This document shows positions 9,918 through 18,866 of a DNA stretch of 64,000 bases, in pieces. How positions within the stretch are numbered: the stretch's first letter is position 1; the number at the start of each line of letters is the position of its first letter. The stretch spans positions 224,001 through 288,000 of the forward strand of contig CAVUHW010000020.1 of NCBI GenBank assembly GCA_963741205.1, in the 5' to 3' direction. Origin of the DNA: Nitrospirota bacterium (GTDB lineage Bacteria; Nitrospirota; UBA9217). The notes under the pieces were generated by a model. The model saw only the letters and a list, made by a program, of their open reading frames with translations. It had not been told where the DNA came from and did not search any database. Made by a program: the position numbers and the translations under genes.

Positions 9918-11920
9918 ATGAAATTTTTCAAAAAATCAGAAGACGACCACCGGGATGCCCTCATAGAAGAACTGCGCCAGAAGATATCGTCGGCGCTGAT
10001 GCCGGATGCCGTCCTGAAGATCGCCGAACAGGAACTGGACGTCATTTCGCGAAGATCAGCCCCTCGTCCGCCGAATACACCATCGGCATCACCTACCTTG
10101 ATTATCTCCTGTCTCTTCCCTGGAACAGGAAAACGGAAGACAATCTCGATCTTGCGCGCGCGGAACGGATCATGAACGAAGAACCATTACGGCCTGGACA
10201 AGATTAAGGAGCGGGTGCTGGAACACCTGGCCGTCAAGGTGCTCATGATGAGCAAAAAAGCGCGCATTCTGATCGTCGATGACGAGGAGATCGCCCGCAA
10301 AAACCTCGCCCACGTGCTCACAAAAGAAGAATACGACGTGGTCACGGCCGCTGACGGCGAGAGTGCGCTCAAGGCAACTGGAGGCTGAGGAGTTCGACGT
10401 GGTGCTCACGGATCTTCGCATGGGCAGGATCGACGGGATGGACCTTCTGGACCGTATCAAGGTCCGCGTTTCCGGAGACCCGGGTCATCATGGTGACGGG
10501 CTTCGCCACGGTCCCGTCAGCCATCGAGGCCATGCAGAAGGGCGCCTTCCATTACATCGCAAAGCCTTTCAAGCTGGACGAGGTGCGGGCGGCGATCAAA
10601 CTGGCGCTGGAGAAAAAGACGATCAGGGCGAACACGAAAGGCTCGGTCCTCTGTTTCGCCGGCCCCCCGGGGACGGGAAAGACATCCCTGGGCCGGTCTA
10701 TTGCCCGCGCCCTCGGCCGCAAGTTCACGCGCATCAGCCTGGGCGGCCTCAAGGACGAGGCGGACATCCGCGGACACCGGCGCACCTACGTGGGGGCTAA
10801 ACCCGGCAGGGTGATCGAGGAGATCCGCCGCGTGGAATCGGCCAATCCCGTGATCATGCTCGACGAGTTGGACAAGATCGGCCGGGACTTCAAAGGTGAC
10901 CCCGAGTCGGCCCTGCTCGAGGTGCTCGACCCGGAGCAAAACTGCGCCTTCGTGGACCATTATCTGGACGCCCCCTTCGACCTGTCGAGCGTTATGTTCA
11001 TCCTCACCGCGAACATGCTCGATACGGTCCCCGCCCCGCTCCGCGACCGCATGGAGGTCATCGAGTTCTCCGGCTACACCCAGGAGGAAAAGTCGCATAT
11101 CGCGAGCCGGTTCCTCTGCCCAAAACAGGTCCGGGAGAAGGGGCTGTCCCCCGACGATGTCTCCTTCACCGACGAAGCCATCACAAAGATCATCCAGGAA
11201 TACACGCGCGAGGCAGGGATAAGGAACCTCGAACGGAAGATCGCGACCATCTGCCGCAAAATAGCGAAGGAGTCCGTCGAAAGCCGGGGCGCGCCGCAGC
11301 CGGTCCGGATTACCCCGGAAGCCGTGGAGCGCTATCTCGGCAGGCGCAGGTACCACTTCGACGTCATCGAGGAACAGGACCGGGTCGGCGTGGCCACGGG
11401 CCTCGTACGCACCGAAACCGGCGGCGAGATCATCTTCGTCGAGGCCGCGAAAATGAAAGGCACGAAGGAACTGATCATCACCGGATCACTCGGCGACGTC
11501 ATGCGCGAATCGGCGCAGGCGGCGCTGTCCTACATCCGGAGCAACTCCGGCGAGTTCGGCATCGCGGACGATTTTTTTGAATACCACGATATCCACATCC
11601 ATGTGCCCTCGGGCGCGATCCAGAAGGACGGCCCTTCGGCGGGCGTCACTATTCTCGTCGCCCTTGCCTCTCTCCTGACCCGCCGGCCGGCCCGGCGCGA
11701 CATAGCCATGACCGGCGAAATCACCCTCACCGGACGGATACTCCCTGTGGGAGGCATCCGCGAAAAGGTGCTTGCCGCGAAACGCGCGATGGTCAGGACC
11801 ATGATTGTGCCCCTGCGCAACCGCGACGACGTGGAGGAACTGACCGACGACGTGAAGGCCGGCATCGAAATCCGACTCGCCGACACCGTCAAGGATGTCG
11901 TGAGCGCGGTGCTGATGTAA
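9918..11920 (+). CDS. lon: ATP-dependent Lon protease with inserted receiver (REC) domain and no classical N-domain (frameshifted)
   Basis: [10 protein letters not shown] and [17 protein letters not shown], then REC (ILIVDDE, VLTDLRM, MVTGF, IAKPF), then [22 protein letters not shown] (Ser) and GGIREK (Lys). Confidence 0.9.
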
Positions 11921-12027
11921 GATACGGAAGCAGTTGCAGGCGCATAGTTCAGCGCACAGGTAGTAAAACCATGCCAGCGTGACTAACTCTGCTACACTGC
12001 TACTTGCTACTTGCTTTAAGTATAACC

Positions 12028-13608
12028 ATGTTCAACTACCAGCCCAGCATACGACAGAAGATCACCCTCGGCTACTACGCGATCGTCGCGATGATTATCG
12101 GCCTGACCATGTTCACCTTCCTCGAACTGCGCTTCATCGAACAGAAGATCATCTTCGGCGAGACCATCTCGGAATTTTTCGACACGACCCTTGAGCTCCG
12201 TCGCTTCGAGAAGAACTTTTTTCTGTATGAAGAGCGATCGGACTACGACGAGAACATAAATTATATTAACAAGGCGCAAGACATCATCGATCGCAACGTC
12301 CGCGGGTTCAGCACACTCGCCTCGTCCGGGCAAATCTCCCTGCTCCAGGTCAGCCTCAAGAACTACCGGAATCTTATGGAGCTTTATGCGGTAACGGACG
12401 AACGCTACGCTGCCCGCAGGAACATTCTGGCAGGGAAAATACGGCTGGCCGGCAAGGACATCATCGCCATAGCGGAAGAGATCTCGAAGACCGAGCGCAA
12501 AAGCCTGCAGCAGCTCCTGAGCAGCTCCCAGCGCATTCTCATCATCTCCATCGTCATCCTTTCCGTCTCCGTTATCAGCATCGGTCAGATACTCTCGCGC
12601 ATGGTGGTGAGGCCGCTGAAGTCCCTGGAAGAAAGCATGGGGGTCATCGCGGAGGGAAAGTTCGAGCGCGTGGCCATCGATTCGAAGGACCGGGAGATCG
12701 TCTCGCTCACCAAGGCCTTCAATAAGATGCTGAAGCAACTGGAGCTGCATGAGCGGCACCTGATCCAGTCGGAGAAGCTCGCTTCCCTGGGCACGCTGCT
12801 CTCCGGCGTAGCGCACGAGTTGAACAACCCCCTCTCGAACATATCCTCCTCGAACCAGATATTGATGGAGGAGCTCAAAGAGGGCCTGGGGTCCGGGATC
12901 GCGGGCCGGGATAAAGCGGCAAGCGCGGAGGAGAGCGCGGCAGGGATCGCCCCCGACCTTCGTTTCTCGTCTCTCGACCCTGAGTTCATCCTGGAGCTGA
13001 GCAGCCAGATCAACGACCAGACCGACCGCGCGCGTAACATCGTCCGCTCGCTCCTGGATTTTTCACGGGACCGTGAGTTTAAAAAGGAGCGGGTGTCCCT
13101 CCGGAAGATCATCGAAGAGACGATTCAATTCGTCAAGGGCCAGGTGCCGACAAATGTCGCGGTCACGCTCGCCGTTCCCGACGACATCGTCATTGTCGCC
13201 GACAAGCAGCGCATGCAACAGGTTTTTCTGAACCTGATCAAAAACGCCATAGAGGCAATCACGTCAAACGTGGGATTGGTCTCGATCAAGGCGGAGAAAC
13301 GGCGGGCGATGGACGACTTCGACGACGAAAAGATCGGCATCTCCAACTACCTCAAGTACCGCGGCAAATGCACCCTCGATCAGGACACCGTCGACATAGA
13401 AATCCGGGACAACGGATCCGGCATCCCCCTCGACCTCGTCCCCAAGGTATTCGACCCCTTTTTCACGACCAAGGACGTCGGCAAGGGCTCCGGGCTCGGA
13501 CTCTTCATCGTCCACGAGATCATCGAGGAGCATGACGGCTGCATTGCCGTGGACAGCGAGCCGGGAAAAGGAACGGCGTTCCTGATCCGGCTGCCGCGTA
13601 AGGAGTAA
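12028..13608 (+). CDS. Sensor histidine kinase (periplasmic sensor, HAMP, HisKA, HATPase)
   Basis: Two TM segments; VAHELNNPL H-box; NLIKNA, DNGSG, FDPFFTTK, GSGLGL. Confidence 0.95.
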   Translation: MFNYQPSIRQKITLGYYAIVAMIIGLTMFTFLELRFIEQKIIFGETISEFFDTTLELRRFEKNFFLYEERSDYDENINYINKAQDIIDRNVRGFSTLASSGQISLLQVSLKNYRNLMELYAVTDERYAARRNILAGKIRLAGKDIIAIAEEISKTERKSLQQLLSSSQRILIISIVILSVSVISIGQILSRMVVRPLKSLEESMGVIAEGKFERVAIDSKDREIVSLTKAFNKMLKQLELHERHLIQSEKLASLGTLLSGVAHELNNPLSNISSSNQILMEELKEGLGSGIAGRDKAASAEESAAGIAPDLRFSSLDPEFILELSSQINDQTDRARNIVRSLLDFSRDREFKKERVSLRKIIEETIQFVKGQVPTNVAVTLAVPDDIVIVADKQRMQQVFLNLIKNAIEAITSNVGLVSIKAEKRRAMDDFDDEKIGISNYLKYRGKCTLDQDTVDIEIRDNGSGIPLDLVPKVFDPFFTTKDVGKGSGLGLFIVHEIIEEHDGCIAVDSEPGKGTAFLIRLPRKE

Positions 13609-13615
13609 TCTATTC

Positions 13616-14977
13616 ATGCAAGAAACCGCAAAGCTACTCATTGTCGATGACGAACGGATCGCGCTCCGGAACCTCGAGCATGTGATGAAAAAAGAAGGCT
13701 ACGAAGTGACCGGCACGCAGAGCGGGCCGAACGCCCTCAAGCTCCTCGAAGATCAGCAATTCGATGTGGTTCTTACCGACCTCCGCATGGAAAAGGTCGA
13801 CGGCATGCAGATCCTCAGGAAAACCCGCGAGCTCTACCCGGACACGGAAGTGATCATGATTACCGGATATGCGACCCTCGATTCGGCGGTTGAGTCGATG
13901 AAACACGGCGCATTCTACTATATCGCGAAACCCTTCAAACTCGAGGAAGTGCGCAAGGTCGTTCAGGAGGCTTTGCATAAGGTCCGTCTCAAGATGGAGA
14001 ACCGCCACCTCCGGGAGCAGCTCGACAGCTACCAGGGCAAGGTCAAGATCATTACTCAGGACCCGTCCATGCAGAAACTCCTCGAGACAGCCCGGCAGAT
14101 CGCGCCCACGGACTGCAATGTACTTATCACCGGCGAGAGCGGCACGGGCAAGGAGCTCTTCGCCCGGTTCATTCACCTGAACAGCAATCGCGCAACCGGC
14201 CCCTTTTTCGCCATCAACTGCGGCGCCTTTACCGAGGAACTCCTGTCGAACGAGCTTTTCGGCCACGAAAAGGGCGCTTTTACCGGGGCGAACAATATGA
14301 AGAAAGGCCTGATCGAGATGGCGTCGGGGGGCACGCTGTTCATGGATGAGGTCACGGAGATGCCGTCGTCCATGCAGGTAAAGCTCCTCCGGGTCATCCA
14401 GGAAAAGGAGGTCCTTCGCGTCGGCGGCACCGAGCCGACCAAGGTGGACGTGCGGCTCGTCGCTGCCACGAACCGGGACATTCACGATTCCATGAAGACC
14501 GGCTCTTTCCGGCAGGACCTCTACTTCCGCCTGAACGTCGTCTCGCTCCGCATCCCGCCCCTCGCGGAACGGAGGGACGACATTCCCCTCCTCTCCTACT
14601 ATTTTCTGAAGAAATACTCCGTGCTCATGAAAAAAGAGGTCAAGGAGATCGCCGAAGATGTGATCGCCCTGCTCATGAACTATGACTTTCCGGGAAACGT
14701 GCGCGAACTCGAGAACATCATGGAGCGCGGGGTGGCGCTCTCGAACGGCCAGATCATCGAGACGGGCCATCTGCCCGAGGACCTGCGGGAGCTCAGCATC
14801 AAGACTTTTCGTAAAAAGGAGGGCAAGATCCCGTCTCTCGATGAGCAGGAAGAGTCCTATATCAAGTGGGTTCTCGCCGAGGTGGGCGGCAACAAGACCC
14901 TCGCCTCGCAGATCCTCGGCATCGACCGCGTCTCGCTGTGGCGAAAACTCAAGAAGTACGGGCTTGAAGCGGAATAG
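13616..14977 (+). CDS. sigma54-dependent response regulator (NtrC/AtoC family)
   Basis: REC + GESGTGKE + GAFTGA + PGNVREL + Fis-type HTH (LGIDRVSLWRKLK). Confidence 0.96.
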   Translation: MQETAKLLIVDDERIALRNLEHVMKKEGYEVTGTQSGPNALKLLEDQQFDVVLTDLRMEKVDGMQILRKTRELYPDTEVIMITGYATLDSAVESMKHGAFYYIAKPFKLEEVRKVVQEALHKVRLKMENRHLREQLDSYQGKVKIITQDPSMQKLLETARQIAPTDCNVLITGESGTGKELFARFIHLNSNRATGPFFAINCGAFTEELLSNELFGHEKGAFTGANNMKKGLIEMASGGTLFMDEVTEMPSSMQVKLLRVIQEKEVLRVGGTEPTKVDVRLVAATNRDIHDSMKTGSFRQDLYFRLNVVSLRIPPLAERRDDIPLLSYYFLKKYSVLMKKEVKEIAEDVIALLMNYDFPGNVRELENIMERGVALSNGQIIETGHLPEDLRELSIKTFRKKEGKIPSLDEQEESYIKWVLAEVGGNKTLASQILGIDRVSLWRKLKKYGLEAE

Positions 14978-15135
14978 CGATCTTGAAGGAAATCTCTTGC
15001 GGAACCGGCAAATAAGATTTATAGTGCCGGGGTCATGAACTCTGGAGTGAGCGCAGCGAGCGAATACGATAATATTTCAAACCCCAAGAGTCGAAGCTTC
15101 CCCGAAGCTTGCTCAGGGGAAGTTTCAATTTCAGC

Positions 15136-15330
15136 ATGAAATCCGATAAAATCATCCTGATCGCCGGCGTCGTCCTGCTCGCGGCCTTGGCGTTCAAGTC
15201 GCTGAAGCAGATGATCTTTTTATCGTTCACCCTGCTTTCGCTGAAAATAGTCTGGGTGCTTCTCGTCGTTCTGTATATTCTGACGGTACTAAAAAAACGC
15301 ACGCGTTCATCGCGTGATGTGAAAAAATAA
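15136..15330 (+). CDS. Small two-TM hypothetical protein
   Basis: Hydrophobic 64-aa ORF with a basic tail directly upstream of tatA. Confidence 0.5.
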   Translation: MKSDKIILIAGVVLLAALAFKSLKQMIFLSFTLLSLKIVWVLLVVLYILTVLKKRTRSSRDVKK

Positions 15331-15355
15331 CATTCTTGAGCGGAGGAACAGTAAA

Positions 15356-15547
15356 ATGGGTAGAGGTCTCTTTCAACCGATGCATCTGATTCTTATCCTC
15401 GTGATCGTCCTGATCATCTTCGGTCCGGGAAAACTCCCCCAGCTTGGCGAAAGTCTCGGGAAAAGCATCAGGGGCTTCAAGAAGGCCATGTCCGAGAAAG
15501 ATGATGAGCAGGTAATTGCAGCGAAGAAGGAAGAGAAAAAACCGTAG
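15356..15547 (+). CDS. tatA: Twin-arginine translocase TatA/E subunit (copy 2)
   Basis: [42 protein letters not shown]; GGAGG RBS. Confidence 0.92.
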   Translation: MGRGLFQPMHLILILVIVLIIFGPGKLPQLGESLGKSIRGFKKAMSEKDDEQVIAAKKEEKKP

Positions 15548-15834
15548 ATACTTGTCACCCGAACCGCGATACCCCATAGTCGCTATTCGAGAGGACCTTT
15601 TTTTACCGTCATCCCTGGCTTGCAAGCCTGCCGCTCGTATGCTGTCTTCAACGCTAATAACCGCCCCCCTTGCGGATGCCGCTGCAGTCAAGCCTCCTGT
15701 AGACGAACAATGAATACCGTACATCTCTCGACCCATGATTTATTTCTAAACCCCTTCTATTTTTTTTCTATCACCGCCTTTTCCGCCGAATCACGCAGAA
15801 TAAATAATTTTCAATAAAAAAATGATTACTAGGG

Positions 15835-15863
15835 AATTATAGTCTAAAAAATTGGCTATAATT
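15835..15863. promoter_or_regulatory. Candidate operator palindrome overlapping a -10 box upstream of the respiratory operon
   Basis: AATTATAG-N13-CTATAATT perfect 8-bp inverted repeat; the right arm contains TATAAT (15857-15862). Confidence 0.5.
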
Positions 15864-15995
15864 AGCAGAAAGTGCTTCGGGGAAGACAAGTGGCGGTCAA
15901 ATTTAATATTTTTTTTGGTAATAACCATTTTTCTAGCTAATACGAGCTACGTGAAAAAAGGGCTTCTAGATCGCTCTTTGTTCAGGGGACGTGCC

Positions 15996-16733
15996 ATGAT
16001 CGTAAAGGTAGCTATGCTTTCGGCTACCATAGCCATGTTCCTTTCTTTTCATTCATTCTCCTTTGCCTATGAAACCCGAGAGGTCAAAGACGGCGGGAGC
16101 ATCGAAGGAGTGGTTGAGTATTCGGGGGCGACCATCCCGAAGGACCCTACGATGACGTTAACTTCCGAGACAGCGTACTGCGGCAAGAGCCTGCCCGCGG
16201 AAAGATATCTGATCAAGGACCGGAAAGTCAAGAATGCGGTTGTCTATTTGGTCAGGATCGAAGCGGGTAAAAAGGTCCCCAACGAGCCGGTCATCATAAC
16301 GAATACAAAATGTAAATTTGAACCCCACGTTTCCGTTGGGTTCAAGGGTAATCTTTTCACAGCAAAAAACGATGATCCGGTTCTGCACCAATTCGATATT
16401 CATGCCGCGATAGGCGGCGCTGAAATCTATAGTGTAAGTCTTCATGAACAAGGGTCCTCGGTGACAAAGACCCTCCCGAAGACCGGCCTTATGGAACTGA
16501 GTTGTTATGTCCATCCGTGGCAGCGCGCATATGTCTACATTTTCGACCATCCCTATGCAACGGTCACCGACGAAAATGGCTCGTTTGTCATGAAAGAAGT
16601 CCCGCCTGGAACATACACGGTCGCGGTCTGGCACGAATCACTTGGAATCAATGAAATCAGGGATGTCAAAGTGGAAAGCTTGAAGGCCAGCATCATCAGA
16701 CTAAAATACACCCATGAAGTAAAACTTCAATAA
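15996..16733 (+). CDS. Secreted cupredoxin-like / carboxypeptidase-regulatory-like domain protein (paralog 1, CxxHxxQ)
   Basis: Sec signal; NDDPVLH; CYVHPWQ; PPGTYTVAVWHE. Confidence 0.8.
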   Translation: MIVKVAMLSATIAMFLSFHSFSFAYETREVKDGGSIEGVVEYSGATIPKDPTMTLTSETAYCGKSLPAERYLIKDRKVKNAVVYLVRIEAGKKVPNEPVIITNTKCKFEPHVSVGFKGNLFTAKNDDPVLHQFDIHAAIGGAEIYSVSLHEQGSSVTKTLPKTGLMELSCYVHPWQRAYVYIFDHPYATVTDENGSFVMKEVPPGTYTVAVWHESLGINEIRDVKVESLKASIIRLKYTHEVKLQ

Positions 16734-16748
16734 GAAGGAGGGTCCGAG

Positions 16749-17463
16749 ATGAAGAGGATGATCGTTGCAGCAGGTATTCTTGTCGATATTGTTTTCCTTT
16801 TCCCCGGCTGCTTTCGCCTATGAGACGATTGAAGTAAAAAACGGCGGAAGCATCGAGGGGGTGGTGGAGTACACGGGAGCCACGGTACCGAAAGACCAGA
16901 TGGTTAAGCTCAGTTCCGAGACCAAGTACTGCGGCCAGAGCATGCCGGCTGAAAAGTACCTTATCAAGGACAAGAAAATCAAGAACGTGGTTGTATATAT
17001 AGAAGAGATCAAGGCCGGCAAGGCGGTCCCAGCCGAGCCCGTTACGCTTACGAACCTGAAATGCGCCTTCGAGCCGCATGTTGCCGTGGGATTCAAGGGA
17101 AGCAAGTTCATCGAGCGCAACGACGACCCGATATTCCATAACATCCATACGTATATCAACGGGAAGACCATGTATAACATCGGACTTCCCGAAAAAGGTT
17201 CATCGGTCACAAAGCCCCTGACCAAGGCGGGAATCATCGAAGTGACCTGCGACAGCCACCCCTGGATGCACGGCTATCTCTACGTGTCTGAGAACCCCTA
17301 TGCCGCGGTCACGAACGATACGGGCGAGTTTTCGCTCAAAGATGTCCCCCCGGGCACCTATACCGTCGAGGCCTGGCATGAGGCGCTCGGCAAAACAAAA
17401 ATAACAAGCGTCAAGGTGGAAAGCGGCAAGGCAAGCAAGGTAACGCTGGAGTATAAGAAGTAA
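16749..17463 (+). CDS. Secreted cupredoxin-like / carboxypeptidase-regulatory-like domain protein (paralog 2, CxxHxxM; indel in signal peptide)
   Basis: ATG 16749 with AGGAGG RBS; NDDPIFHNIH; CDSHPWM has amicyanin-type type-1 Cu spacing; visibly similar to paralog 1 throughout. Confidence 0.82.
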
Positions 17464-17486
17464 TATTTCATCACGAGGAGGATAAC

Positions 17487-18797
17487 ATGAAAAAGGCATT
17501 ATTGCTCGTAGTGGTACTGATTGTCTCCATTATGGTGATGTCGACTGATTCTCAAGCCGTTCCATCCTTTGCGCGTCAGGTTCAGAAGCCCTGCACTGCC
17601 TGCCATACGATATGGCCGAATCTGAACCAGGCCGGAAGGCAGTTCAAGGTAAAGGCCTATACGGACGTGAGCGAAAAGTGGGACATGATCAACAAGGACA
17701 ACATGAATTTAGCGACGGTCTTTCCGTTTTCAGCGAGGGTAATATTTTTCCCGGAGGTACATGAATCAGGCAACCCCGAAGCTGCATCACAGAGTTCAAC
17801 CTCTCTGGATCAAGTCGCGCTTGTTCATCGCAAGCCGGGTCTATGACTATGCGGGCGTGTTCGCGAGTGCCGAGTTTTCTCCCGATGATAACAGCTTCGG
17901 ACTGCCCACGGTCAAATTGGCCTTTCAATATCCCCTCGGAGAGGGCAACACGGTAGGTCTGGTCGTCTTCAAGGGGCTTGCTTCCGGTGCAGATCCCTTC
18001 AACGCCTTGGGCGGCAGAGACCGCTCGCTGAGCTGGGGGGATGAGAGCAGGCCGTTGATCCTCACGTCGGGTTGGACATTTAACTTTTCCAGCGAAGGAA
18101 ACGTCGGTACCGTGGCCCACGGGTACTTCTTCGGCAACCGCCTCTACGCCGCAGTCGGAGGGCTGAGAGGCGGACTTTCTGCCGACGCGGAGACGCCGGG
18201 AAGCGGAGCCCTTGTCAATACGACGGCTAATATCTCTGACACGGATCCCTATGACCTGATCGCCCGCATCGCCTGGGACCAGAAACTGCCCAATGGAGCA
18301 GTCACCGTGGGGGTCGCCTACTACGGCGGCACGCAGCGTATCATAGCCACCCCCACTACAGCAAGCCTCATTTTTCCATATGATGCCAAGGTCAAAAGGA
18401 ACTACGTCGATGTGTCGCTGGAGCAGAATATCGGCGAGGATCATCTCATCGAGGTTCAGGCCTTGTACGGAATCGGCCAAGAAGAAAATGTCTTCGGCGG
18501 GAATGAGACAAGAAAGTTCGACGGTCTGTACCTCGAGGCCAGCTATTTCTATGACAGAAAGGTGGGTCTCGTCCTCGCAACGAACAATATCAAGTTCAAG
18601 GACGTCGATGCAGACCGACCGTGACCGGGCATCAGGACAAAATTGATTCGTGGCTTGCCTCCGTCAATTTCCTGCCGTGGCTCAACACGAAGTTTGCCAT
18701 CCAATACGTCAATACCAAGACGACCTTCGTGGACTCCGATGTCGAGCCGGACGTGACCGACAAGATCACCAGGGTCGTCCTGGACATGTTGTTTTAG
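17487..18797 (+). CDS. Cyc2-like fused monoheme cytochrome c / outer-membrane beta-barrel (two apparent indels)
   Basis: Signal peptide, then AVPSFARQVQKPCTACHTIWPNLNQAGRQFK (Cyc2 PxFAR[QK]...CxxCH...PxL...GRxFK); amphipathic beta-strands; last fragment FLPWLNTKFAIQY...VVLDMLF* ends in Phe; about 436 aa. Confidence 0.82.
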
Positions 18798-18805
18798 GTC
18801 GCGAA

Positions 18806-18843
18806 ATCCCCCGGGGACGAGGCTGCCCCCGGGGGATGGTTTT
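18806..18843 (+). terminator. GC-rich stem-loop (terminator or mRNA-stabilising) inside the operon
   Basis: ATCCCCCGGGG...CCCCGGGGGAT followed by GGTTTT. Confidence 0.6.
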
Positions 18844-18866
18844 CCCAAACAAGCGGGAGGTTCGGA

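Noticed and set aside
15773-15897. Invertible promoter switch
   Set aside because: The flanking inverted arms are imperfect and no recombinase gene is adjacent; kept only as a possible operator region.
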